Source of the DNA: Fimbriosthenelais zetlandica | Lineage: Eukaryota | Direction: 5' to 3' | DNA length: 64,000 bases | Assembly (NCBI GenBank): GCA_977030845.1 | Contig: OZ365111.1 | Coordinates: 5,890,001-5,954,000 of the forward strand | Shown here: piece after piece, positions 52,038-64,000 of the stretch | How positions within the stretch are numbered: position 1 is the first letter of the stretch | Layout of the letters: each line of letters begins with the position of its first letter | The notes under the pieces: generated by a model | Seen by the model: the letters and a program-made list of their open reading frames with translations, nothing else | What the model was told of the DNA's origin: nothing | Databases searched by the model: none | Made by a program: the position numbers and the translations under genes

Positions 52038-53199
52038 CAATTATCTTCTTAAGGGGTACTACAACAGAGGCGCAATGAACCCTACGGTACCTAGATTTAA
52101 GTACGGATGAATTTCGTAATCATTTTGTGTCTGCTGCTAGTACTGAAAACTATGTACGACCATCCTAAGATTTAAGAACTCGAATTGAAGCAGACCTTTC
52201 TGGCGCTCATTGCACCTCCATGATAGTGCCCCTTTAAGGTGTATAATCCATGTCAATGACTGAAAAGTCAATAGTCATAACAAGTTTGGACAAACCCTAG
52301 AACTAACATTATCATCATTTAAGTAGTTGGATGTAATATTTTTTATAACTGCATGGATATTACCTCTCTTGAGGCATATTTCAGAATCAGATAGGCCTAC
52401 CAATATAAATTTTGTAGACACCAAAATTCAAAACGTATTAACAAATGGTTTTTAGGTTTCCACAAAGAAGTACTCAATACTGTAAGGTTAACTGAGGCGT
52501 TGATATTAATCCCGATACAGTGGAAGGAAAACACGCAACTTGTAAATGAAACTGACCAGTAAACCCAATCGTCTTGTGTCCGCTTCGCACTTGTCGTCCC
52601 ACGTTCTTTATTGAACGTGAAAGGCCCTGCCCTGTCCTCCCTGTTACACTGAAATTCAATCGGCCTCTCTTTGTTCTCCACCCGGGGCATGGGCCATAAT
52701 GCTCACCACTGGTTTGAGGTGCTGAAAGGGGGTAACAACAGGGTATTAGCGAACCTGTGCTTACTCTGGTCTGAGCAAAGGAGGTGTCTTTGATGCACCA
52801 AAACCAGTAAGGGTTCCCTACTCAATCGTTTTGGCAAAATCTTCGTTTTCCTCCGAGTGAAATAGTGGGTAATACTGTTTCAAGTCTGGTACATAGAGAA
52901 AGGTAACCTTTTACATACTAGGAGACCATTAATTAAGCTATAGGAAATAATTAATGAAGCAAAGAAACAATTAAGGAAGCTAGGAAACAATAATGAAGAA
53001 GTCAATTAAGAGGGTTTGTTGTTTTCAGAAGGCCATGATTGAATACTTCAGCATGACAAAAGCTTCAAAGTGTAGCATAACTCAATGCCAACAAATAAAA
53101 AAAATTGTTTCGATACCTTTTCGAGTAGGCTAATAGCAAAGTAGAATTCCCTTTCACATAAAATTAATAAGCTGAGGCCTTGAAAGTGTCTTTGATGTT

Positions 53200-54480
53200 T
53201 TCCCAAAAATAATGAACACATCTTGAATTCAGCGTCTTTTGCATGATGTCTGTGGAATCAAAGGGCCAGCACTTATATAACCTTCTTAGAAGAATTCACA
53301 TAACTTCAGCCTCGCTTTTAGATTAGGATAATTAGATATGTAAATTAATTTCTCCATCCCTCAATACAGAATCTTGCCCTGCAAGTGTGGAGGTTAATAA
53401 GTAGCCGTGGCACATGTACCCATGCAAGGTGTGGATTAGATTCTCGAAGACAAGCCCTAGGATCCCATTCAGAAACCAATTATACTCTTTTCAGAGGTAG
53501 AGATTGGATTATTGACAATGTTGTGCAAGAAGCGAGGGTATCTAGAGGCATTGTCCTTCCATCTAGACACCAGGGTCATCTGTGCAATACATTAACAATG
53601 TTCGACCCGGAATCTGTATATGGGAATTCCCTATCAGCTGTCGCATTCCATCATGCACAGACAAAATGCTGTGTTGCTTGTTCCATTTTTGACCTCGGCA
53701 TGCGCCAACATATGGCTATCATTGTAGTGTGGTCAAGCAAACCAGCAGGCTGTTTTGAAATGGGTTCCAGGATTTCAGAAATAGATCTTCGTCAATCGAG
53801 TACCCGGACAAGCATGTTTTCAAATAATAATTTTGTACTCTGAAGGTATGGCGAGTAATGGTATAAGTGATCTGCAACTCTTGTACAACTTGTCACAGCA
53901 AGCCCAATGAATCGTTTTTAATCTTGATGGTGCTGACCACTTTGATTTTGCGACTCTTGCAGCTTTGTACTACCCTACATGTAGTTTTAAAACAGACGAA
54001 ACTGCAAACAATCGCAAGGTAGCATGTCACAAATTGGTGCGAAAACTACTCTGAACATGTATTGCTTTTTGGTCTGTGTAATAGATGCATTTGATTTCAG
54101 TCGAAGACGACCTTTAACAATCATTGAATGGACTGCATCCATGTGCTACAGGCTGCAAGAAATCCTAATGTGGAATAATCTACTCAAACCCTGCAGGCTT
54201 GCTATTTTTGCTAGACTTACATCGGAGGTCTGTTGGTCCACTACAAAGGATTCAATTTCAAATCAGAGCTGGCGATGCAGAGATATTGATATATTCCTTC
54301 CATAGATCTCTGGCATTCTCAACAGTGAGGGAGGGCTTTGGTTATTGCGTCCATTGTCCTCAGCAATTCTCCCAACCTTAGGAGCACACTATTATGCGTG
54401 AGGTACTTGCGTGGTATTGAACGCCTGATAGAGTATGTTCATGATTGTTCCCAACATGTGAATAAAGTTTGCCTGTGACT
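53200..54480 (-). pseudogene. Decayed coding region (hAT transposase-like or F-box/LRR-like; unresolved)
   Basis: Long near-open minus frame with scattered stops; ..RACLRESNPHLAWVH-(CHGY)-INL resembles the hAT HCxxHxLNL motif if two compensating indels are allowed. Confidence 0.3.
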
Positions 54481-55282
54481 GTGAGAGCATGACAACTGTA
54501 GGCCTATATATGGTTTTCCTTTGTTCTCACTATTAGCTACATTGAATTCGGGGTGACAAGATATGTTTGTATCTAGCTGTGATTAGAGTAGCACATTTGT
54601 CTACTGTCTACAAGGCTTTTAGCAATTGACAGCAAGTTTCAGATCACTATTGCGCTGTGGATAAAGTTATGTCATACATGACAAGCTAAAGAAGTCGGGC
54701 TGTTACGGCTCTTGGGCAATTGACAGACCAAACTCTAGTAGATCAAGAACATGGACTGGTGGAGTCGTGGTTTAATGCTGGGAATAGACGATATGTCATG
54801 ATTTAACAAATAACTAGATATCTTCTGTACGATTAAGAGATCTAGATAAAAGTCTCATCGCCAGACTTCCATTTACATTAGTTCCACATGGTGGTGATTT
54901 GAGCTGACTTAACTGGAAAAAAGCTCGATACACAAAATATATATGTGGCTTTGACTGTCCGCTACATCTATCGCTCAGCCTTGTATAACGAATCGAAAAG
55001 ACAAACTATAGCCGACCAGACATACTGAACAGTCAGCCCGGAAGCTGCACAGTGAAAAGAATGGTTGTTATGTGGAGTCTGTTTGGAGTGAAGTTAAACT
55101 AGACTGGGTGTGTAACACGATTAGCACCAGGTCGCAAGCTCATCCCGTGCCGGTTATTAATTCCTGGTACCGATTGTCATAGTATCTGTCAGTGTCAGGG
55201 AAATACTGAATCAAGTTGCTCACGACACGACAAATAGTGACCTGAGGTGAGCCAGGAAGCCTATAGTGTCTCCTTCAGCTAA

Positions 55283-55494
55283 TGCCTGGAACACACTAAT
55301 CCGATTCTCCAATCCGTCGCCATCTGCTACCCTATTTCTAATGATATCTACAGACTGAAATTGTGTCAGTGGTTAGCCCTACTTAAGGTGTCAAGGTGTG
55401 TTCAAATTACAAGCTTTTGTTGTGAATAGAAATATAGTTTTGGACAGCTATTGGATGGCTCCGGATAGAGAATCAGATTAGTGCGTTCCAGGCT
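55283..55494. mobile_element. Family D-related MITE with AGCCTGGAAC termini
   Basis: TAA|tgcctggaacacactaatccgattctc...gagaatcagattagtgcgttccaggct|TAA; interior resembles family D. Confidence 0.7.
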
Positions 55495-55554
55495 TAAGAG
55501 ATAACTCCGGATAGAGAATCAGATTAGTGCGTTCCAGGCTTAAGGGATAACTCC
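55459..55554. repeat. 46-bp tandem duplication of that element's right end
   Basis: ctccggatagagaatcagattagtgcgttccaggcttaag(a/g)gataa twice (55459, 55505). Confidence 0.9.
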
Positions 55555-57295
55555 TGACATCTTGGAATCCGTTTGTAAATGTAGATGAGGATGGGTGGAT
55601 AGCTTGTCTCGCCTTGTCATACTTAATTAGGGAGAGAGTGTATCACCCACTGGCCAAGAATGAACACTACTATAGATGTACTATAGCATTTTTTATGGGA
55701 TAACTAGTTATTTCCATTCAACAATGCCTCCTATGGTGCATGAAGCAGAACCCGACAAAACCGAAGGAATTGAAGACAGGAATTAAAACAAAGAAGAACC
55801 AAGATGTGAGGGAGGAAGCGAGGTTCCAAGATTATAGAGTATAAAATGAGCAAGAGAAAGAAATAAAATGGTTAAAATTCGAGTAGGCCCAGGAGGTCAC
55901 TTGTAGACAGATGACTTTTTTTTTAATTTTGTAACTTTATATGCGATATAAAGGGTATTTTATAATATAATATAACATAATATAATATAATAATATTATA
56001 TTATGATGATCAACATAAATCTAGTACAGAATGCTTTTTGATGAAAATTTAATTTAAAAAAAAAAGCATTTTCAGTCTTGTATAGTGGAGATCCCAGCTT
56101 GAGGCTATACATATCTGTACACAGATGACGTATTACACACCTGTGTCAATATCTCACTTTGATGATCTCATCTAGAGTGGCTGGCGGTGAAAGAATGCAT
56201 CATTCTTAACTGATGGAGGCTCCAAACACCTGGGCCCACACCAGAGAGAGTAGAGCCACATATATTCCTCACTTGGGTAAACGTGAAACGTGTGTATCAG
56301 TGTCTCGAGTTGAAGCTTCGAAACGATCTATATACTTATACATACCTATAGTACATATGGCAGGCCTATATAGTCATATTTACCTTATATAATTTGGTTT
56401 AGATGCACTCAAAAAAAATTCAATAAGGATGAAGTAAGCATCCTTCTTCAGTTGTTCTCAATTAATATACAATTTAATACGATGAACAAAACTAATTAAA
56501 GTTGAATTAAAAACGAACTAAGGCAATAAAATGGGGGAAATTATGACGAATAAAGACCTGATATATGATTGTTGAAATGTCTGAAGCTTCAAAATATAAT
56601 AGCAATGAGTACTCATATATAACAATGATAAACATTCATTGCTTAATTTATGTATACTCAAAGCAGATTAAAAAAGTTTGAAGATAATTTCTCGAATAAG
56701 CTACAGGGTAAATTATTACCCTGGAAGACGTAAAGAATGAAAGCATTCAATAGAAACCGCAGAAGTAGAGCGAGTAAAATGTCCAAATCCATATCATTGT
56801 CAAGAGCATTGACTTTCAAGACCAATAAGGCACATGGACACAAAAAGCAATTATAGTGTATTTTCATAAAGATCTAAAACAGACGTTAATGAACAATAGT
56901 ATAAACACATTTATCTGTCAATGATGGCTTCTGTGAGACCAAACTAAGTGGTAAAAGCTGCTTGGAAGTTTTTTGAAGAGCATCCATGCAGTCCCTAGAT
57001 GGGCACCAGCCTGTCAAAGGCAATCGCGTGAGCCGTGGGAGTGGGCGGTAAGGCTGTATGCCTCTGCTGAGGGACATTGCACCTCTGCCTTTGAGGGATG
57101 GGGTAATTACTTGCAATAAATTCTGATTAGTTTCATCTCTGAAGACCATCACAGTCGATCCCCTTCACAAGAATTATAAGAGAAAAATCCCTTCTTGCAA
57201 TAATTGCCAGGAAGAAATATCCCATGGCATATCCAATATACTGTCATTGTTAGAGTAGCTCAAGGGTACCGTCAGACGCGGGACTTTCCTGCTTC

Positions 57296-57345
57296 CCTGT
57301 ATTCCCTGAATATGCCTGTATTCCCTGAACATGCCTGTATTCCCT
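57296..57345. repeat. 19-bp tandem repeat, ~2.6 units
   Basis: cctgtattccct at 57296, 57315 and 57334. Confidence 0.85.
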
Positions 57346-57526
57346 TCCTAGGTGGAGATGTCACCCAGTGAGACTGTTGTGACAGATGTGACATTAACCC
57401 TGTCATGACATGCCTGTAGACCTTATATATGACGGTTCGGGCGCTGTCGTCAGTATGTCTGAAATATTTAGTAAGATGGTGCTTGATACAGTCACCATTA
57501 ATTATACTGACAGTGAGGGGGAACTA

Positions 57527-57606
57527 CAGGCTCCCCTAACTAAGTTGAGCCGAAACTACAGTCCATTTCTATGGTGGTTTCGGCCTAAATTAGTTCCGAC
57601 AGACTT
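57527..57606. mobile_element. MITE family G, degenerate
   Basis: TA|cagg..aactaagttgagccgaaactacag..atggtggtttcggcctaaattagttccgacagactt|TA. Confidence 0.6.
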
Positions 57607-59866
57607 TACTTGATATAACTTTACACAATAGTCTACAATCTACAGCCTACATATAGCTATACAGTCATGACAGAATAGTTAGATTTGCCCTTATATTTTT
57701 GAGCCATTTATGAATACATTTATGAGTCGTGGAAATGCACGAAGTATGTCTAAAATGCAGGAGTGCATGATCATATCAGGTTATATGGTCTTTTTACACT
57801 GGACTCCGACCACTAGAAGACCACCAGATACAACCATGCAGACAACGACAAGACAAATGGAAGTTGAGCCAAATTCATCGTTTTGTCTTGCCGCCTCTGC
57901 AACTTTTGAAGTTGGCCTTGTGTTTTCAAACTACAAAAAGAATATCAAGACTGTCTTGTTGTTGGAGGTGTATAATATATAGTTATCAGGTTATGCTTGT
58001 TCAGGAAATATCTGTATATAGAAACAGTCTAAATCTGCTCTGAACATATTTTACATAGTACATTATTCTACTGGAAGGTATGCTACTGAACATTAGTATA
58101 AATTCTCCAGAAATCAGCTACTAGCGTATAAATACTGTATGAAGAATAATCCAGTGATATAGAATATTATTGCCTGTGGAACATATCAAACGAGCTCCAA
58201 CTGTAACATATCAGCGTTTAATTGGGTGATGGAATACGTTTTATCTTGAGCTTGATAAAATAGGGCTTATTAATGGTGACCGCTTTTAAACTGCTCGTCC
58301 CAAGATCATAATACTTTGTGGGATTAAAGAGCGTTTGACTCAGGCAATTAAATAGAGAGCCTCTCCATGCTTTGATGACATACCATAATTATGTATTATT
58401 CATACCTGATTAGATGCTTCATATATATGACAACATGTATACATAATTATAGTCCGCGTGTCTTACATCACTTTGCTATTGGCCTAAGTAAATTAGGCAC
58501 TTCTTTTTTACTATAATAAGTTTGATTGATGCGGTATTTCATAACACTATTATGTATAACTATAGGAATGTAAACAAGGCCAATGAATGTTATTCAACAA
58601 TTCTTCAGAATGGATGAATAAAGGAATGATTTAAGTTCTATTGCTTTTAAAAATCCATAATTATTAGGCCAAGGTTCAGGTTTATCAAAAGTAAAGATTT
58701 GGACACAGTTCAATAAGATAGATAAGACTGAAAATACTGAGAATACTGATAAGACTGATAAGAGGTAATGGGGCGTAATAACAAAATAGACGGTTGTCTA
58801 GCTAACTTCTGAATGGTCCCTGACCATTCTGAAGTAATAAATGAGATGACAGCTAGACCAACCTCAGAAATCATTATATGAACTATGAAAACAACACATA
58901 AACTTGAGTTTAGTGATAAACTAAGTTAATTCATAGTAACTGGCACTTTCTGCTACATACACATGTAGGCTTACATAAACTATTCCGAAAAGTTCGGAAA
59001 TTCTCGGAGTGCATACATATAGCAGTGCCCATTTGATTTGGGCGATATCATTTCCAGTCCCTGGCGACCTAACCCATATCCACATTCGAAGCTAACATTT
59101 TATGTGAAAGCAATCAGCATGTATGTCACAAGAATTTCACGAATGCCTGGATCTATTTTGTCAATTCTTCCACGCCACTGAGCCCGACTAGACCACCCCT
59201 ATCTGGATACATCATCTAGGTGAAATAATTCCAGGCTTTTTTCTTTGATGCTACAACCTCTCGTTTGAATATCGGCAAAAGTATGAATTTTTATATAGAG
59301 CATCCGGTGTGGTAAGCCGATCGACATGGGACATATCCCGAACATTGGTATTCCTATTACATTGAATATACGAATAGGGATTTGTCGACGGCTTGAGACC
59401 CCTAAGTCCATATAGAGGGAGGGCTTTGACGAATGGGTCAGCTCAGCTGCCAAGCTAGCCTCTCTTGCATGGTTCAAATATGAGGTCTGTAAATATGGGA
59501 AACATTCCAGGAGTATAGAATATTTCTGCTCTATCCCTTTGGCCTCGTTCTCTCTTCCTTTTCATGAGACAAAACCTATGTAATGGTCTGTTGAACAGAT
59601 AGAATCAGCCATTCAATATTAGAACGCGTAATAATACCTAGAAAAAGGGACCGCGGAATTAATAACTTCCCGCAGGTTGAAGAAAAATAGTTTGGCTATT
59701 CAATTTCTCCAGAAATGCAGGGGCACTGACTAACCTTTTATTAAAATGATGTTTTCTGGCTGGTATAGTAAAAATATATTATCTAATAATTGATGTTTGT
59801 ACTTAGATAATAAACCTGATAATAGGGCGTACAATTTAAGTTAATAAGTATACACCAGTAAAATTA

Positions 59867-59951
59867 CAGTCTGTCAAAACTTGTTCCGAAAGTTCTGAAA
59901 CCACCATACATTTGTACTGTGGTTTCGGATGAAATTAGTTTGGACAGACTG
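59867..59951. mobile_element. MITE family G (Tc1/mariner/pogo-type ends)
   Basis: TA|CAGTCTGTC...GACAGACTG|TA; CAGT termini with TA duplication are typical of Tc1/mariner-superfamily elements. Confidence 0.75.
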
Positions 59952-60329
59952 TAACAATTATTATTGTGGATAGTTAATTAAAGAATCTGTTTAGTCCGTC
60001 TGCACTACTTGGAATCTTATTTGGGTCTGTCATAGATTGATGAACCAAAACTTAATATTGGTATCAAATATCAAAAGTAGGTTCGTCATTGTCACCCTAC
60101 TTGTTAGGGACTGGTGATCCTACCCCATGAATACAATCATAATGAGCAAAAAGAACAAGAATATTTTTGTTTCTGTAATGAAGGTCATCAATCTTTTGCT
60201 AGACGTTTCCTGGGCAGGCCAGGGTCTCAGGGAAATGACCCTTGACATTACTTTATCACGAGAGGCGAGTGTCGTGGCATTACACCCAATGCTTGGCTGG
60301 TTCAAAGGCTGCTAGCAGGACAGCAATCA

Positions 60330-60960
60330 ATGACAAACATATCTGAGGAGACTGAAGGGAGCCAGGGTCCAGTGAAAATGGATGACCTACCTTCTAATTG
60401 TAAATGGCGTGCTTTCTGTGATTTGCCTCAGACCTCGGATAGGGTTCGTGAGACAAAAGTCGTACCAGGCGTCACTCCAGGGCCTGGCCTCTACCAAGCT
60501 ATCTTCCTCCACATCCTCCATCATCCCCCCTTCTCCAGAGTCCTCCTCCTCTTCCTCAGTGCTTCCACTTCCTCCTCCTGCTCCTGCTCCTCCAACAACT
60601 CCTCCAGTATTTGAAAGTCTCCTGCGGGGTGGGCCTGCTGATGTGGTGTGACCATTTAATACCATCCTCTTTACTTACATCTCCTGCATCCAATTCCTCC
60701 TCCCCATTCACCCAGTGAGATGATCATATTCCAACTAGGCCTCTTTCCCCACTCTACCTCCTCAGGGGTTTGCTGGGCTATGTCTTTGATCATAGATCCC
60801 CAGCCCTGTATAATGGCCATCAGTTTGTGACCTATTTGATCCTCTATAATGATCTCTTCAAAGTAAACCAAGTTATAGAGAAAGATTCGCCCTTATATAG
60901 AAACTATATCATCATCATCATCATCATCGACATCAGCTTTCCGTTTATACTGCTGTCTTT
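60330..60960 (-). pseudogene. Decayed acidic/Gly-rich coding-like segment, probably a transposon ORF remnant
   Basis: Near-open minus frames with Asp and Glu runs (KRKADVDDDDDDD; EELLEEQEQEEEVEALRKRRR); no family recognised. Confidence 0.25.
60908..60928. repeat. (ATC)7 microsatellite
   Basis: Direct reading. Confidence 0.9.
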
Positions 60961-62939
60961 TTAGATGAAGACTTGGTCCAACTCTATCATTATTTCCAGG
61001 CAATGTCAGTTTTGTTGATATCAATATGCAACATACCCCCACTGATGTTTAACCTCTGTTCAACCTAACTAGAGCAAATACCACAACTTCCTGGCGCTCC
61101 TTTGCTTCTACCGAGGTTCCAGAGGGAGAGGCACTGACTGGGGCAGAAGTAGTAACTCTTGAGAATTCTTCCAAGAGGAAATCAGTGAATTCTGATCCTA
61201 GTGTTTTCGTCTGAGAAGAAGATAGGATCTGCTCCTGTTGGTGTTGCTATCTGCTCCTGTGACTCCGTTATCTCCTCACGCCTTCCACAACTGTTTATAA
61301 AAGATCCTCACAACTGTTAGACGGCCGACCAGGTGAGAAGCTCTGGTTATATTTTATCATTAAAAGAGTGCAAACAAGAATTGCAAGATACTTTCAAATT
61401 TCCTTCTTTTTCACTAGAGATTTCCTCTTTTCATCTTTTCTTTTTTAGCCACCAATACTAGATATTATAGATCTATCTTCTGGAGGGACCTGTTTCTTGT
61501 ATACAGTCCATCTGCCCGCTACCTTTGCACGGATGGAAGTGGTGGTGGTGGCGGTTGTGGTGGTGGGGGAAGTGGTGGTGCAAGAGGTGGTGGTAGGTGA
61601 TGTTTCCCCTTCCTAAACCCCCGTGGGAAATCCCACAGTTGCCCTCTGGCCAGCCACTTCAGCTCTCCCAATCTCCCCGTGTCTATCAAATGCTTATTAC
61701 AACATCTGAATCCCAAGATCGCCTCCAGCTTCCCTGATTGAATAGTCTCCCATCGATCTTTGAAAAGCAGCTGCAATGACAGAACACAATAGCCGGAAAC
61801 TAATCATCCAGTGACCAGAACAATTAAATCAAAACATCATCTGGTGGAAAGGTCCCATCGGTATCTTGAAGTAGAATTATGTATTCTGATTTAAGGGAAG
61901 TCCTTTCAGCCTGCTATAATATATAATTCCCTTCGTTAAAGGATATGTATTCAGGGTCGCCTTCTCAAGCTTGAAGTAGCTATAGCCGATGAGTAAGCGA
62001 GCTGCCTCGTTAACTGTCCAAAGAGTGCAGTATAGGTTTTCAGGCTGACCATGGGTCAGTAGCCTGACCAGTCATTTGTTTAATGTTTCTGATCCAAGGG
62101 CCGGAGATTGAAGTGTCATGCCTTGATAACGGATGACCTCAGGCAAGCAATGAAGACGGTTCTGATTGCTCAACTCAGCCTGCCTGATAGTCATTTAGGA
62201 TATACCATTAGTAGCCTTAGTCTTCAATGCTACAGGTGCGAGCGACCATAAGGGAAACTGGAACTAATGAAGGAATTGGGGAAGTGGGAAGACCGTATGA
62301 AGGGGACTTCCTTCTTTTCCTTCCACAAGAAATCAACCAGCCCTCTCATAAAAAAGAAAGACCATACTAGTGAGCACTCCTCGTGAGAGAGTAACAGGGT
62401 TGAGACCTACTCATCGGTCGAGTGATGTTCGGGAAGTTTGAAACTGACGATTTCCACCTTTACACTTCAAGGTAAATCCTTCAGTAACAGTCAGAACTTC
62501 CTCTTCTTCAGAAGGATGTCTGAGTCACAACTGCTTTTTCCCCCTGTTGTTTTTTTTTTATATTTCTGTTAGTTTGGAATTTCTGAATGCATCCGTGATG
62601 AACTTGGTGAGTATGGGGGTTTGGGGAGGTTGTGAGCAGCACGCACCATGTGTGTCTGATCATTCAGATACCTCTGAGCTGCTCTTTTTGATACTTAGAC
62701 CACGTGGGCTTCCCTCCAAAGTAGGCATTGAAATACAGTATCTGCAGCTAAGCCCTGTCACTCCTATTATATCACCCCTTTCCTCTTGAGGAATACTTTT
62801 GGATTTTTTCCTAAATAAAACACAGTTCACAAATAAGACACATGATCAGTAAAAGTGAGCTGCTCCTACGGCTCTGGATCCCTGACAGGTTCGAGAAGTG
62901 CTCATTCTTTGATTGATGATGGCGGTAACCTAGTTAAAG

Positions 62940-63290
62940 GTTGGGTGTATAATGTTAAAGTGTAGCCGGCTGGTATAGCCACGCATACTCCAGCAATGAT
63001 GATAGATATAAGACTTGATTAATAGCGCCCGAGCAGCACGCGCGTCTTACTTCCTGAAATCTGGCTTAACTATTCAGGATACACTGCGCTTCCACCTCCA
63101 TAGCCAGATCTCCGGTCACAGACAGGGAAGTTATGCAATAGAGATGAGCAGCAAGACACTTTCTACAGCTCAGCAATGGATAAACTGCGAGCTTGAGAAC
63201 TGATGGTATATGTCAATGCAATATAGAATCTTCTTGCCGACACATCTCAATTTACCCACCTTAATATTTTTAACCCCTAAAAGTCCATGG
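62940..63290 (-). mobile_element. Decayed LINE endonuclease N-terminal fragment
   Basis: LKILRWVN (xKIxxWN start motif), then HNFPVCDRRSGYGGGSAVY (RxDRxxxxGGGVAxY motif), then IIIAGV. Confidence 0.55.
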
Positions 63291-64000
63291 ATTTGGCAAC
63301 TTTCAAGGCAACGGTTTTAGTGTAAATCCATTACGACAGTTCCCTTAAAAGTAATCCACACAAGACTTGATGAGAACGACTGGATGTTTTCTCCATTAAA
63401 GTTCCATCTGTGCATGGGAACTGTGATTAAAAATCCACTGGAAACAGAGGCTATGGTTCATGCTCCTATAACCTTCTCTAGCCCACAGTGTGCCTCCAAA
63501 GCAACCCTGGAGAGACTAGACCTTGAGGAAGCAATAGCTGCCGGCGTGTGTGATGCACTGGAAGAGGGCCTTTTTCCCTCTTCCTCCTCCCTTTCCTCCT
63601 TATCCTCCCCTGATACCCCTGTGTGTGTTTACAAGTGAGAAGCAACTGAAGAAAGTCACGCCTCCACCTGGCCACGCCCCACTCCTCCAGATATCCACCA
63701 TACGGATCTCATGCTCACTCTACCAATTCCTCTCTCCGCTCATTCTCCTTATTCCAGAAGTAAGAACGATTGCCGGGCTACTGCAGAGCATGAACGAAGC
63801 ATCTAGGGAGGAGCGGGCAGTCTTGTTGGCAGGGCCCTGTCGATGAGGCACCTCCTCCTCCGTCTACGGTTCTACTCTTGCTCCCCCTATAGCGGCTAAG
63901 GTATAGAGAATGGGGGGGGGCAGTGTCGACTAACTGCAACAAGTAATGAGAGGCACTATAGGGTCTGGAAACACTGGAGGAGGTTGGGGGTGGGGGTGGG

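Noticed and set aside
53385-53843. 152-aa plus-strand ORF
   Set aside because: Best explained as the antisense shadow of the decayed minus-strand coding region.
54765-54830. tRNA or SINE head (ggagtcgtggtttaatg)
   Set aside because: A-box-like only; no B box and no cloverleaf.
56886-57152. Gag-like zinc knuckle (QPYRPLPR..SRDC)
   Set aside because: Key Cys/His residues are absent without assuming several indels.

Overview
AT-rich (~37-39% GC by eye) eukaryotic DNA, most likely from a marine invertebrate (inferred from repeat style and TAGGCCTA richness; not verified). It is mostly intronic/intergenic. There is no intact long CDS, and no rRNA, tRNA or CRISPR array; the supplied ORFs are short and mostly explained by repeats or by the antisense strand of decayed elements. 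Supportable content: (1) a housekeeping-type promoter at ~4.8-4.9 kb (ZNF143/Staf site next to a YY1 site) with a non-coding first exon on the minus strand, whose gene appears to run off the left edge; (2) at least five families of short palindromic non-autonomous DNA transposons (MITEs), more than 30 copies, some nested, duplicated or tandemly amplified; (3) five heavily decayed non-LTR retrotransposon (LINE) fragments recognised from endonuclease/RT motifs; (4) mini- and microsatellites and a 60-bp spacer-less palindrome; (5) a few isolated candidate exons of unknown genes. The most unusual observations are that many MITE copies have 3-bp flanks whose centre base is inverted rather than duplicated (CAG..CTG, TAA..TTA), and that GCCTA/TAGGC motifs are roughly ten-fold enriched around the promoter. 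All translations and alignments were done by eye and need computational confirmation.
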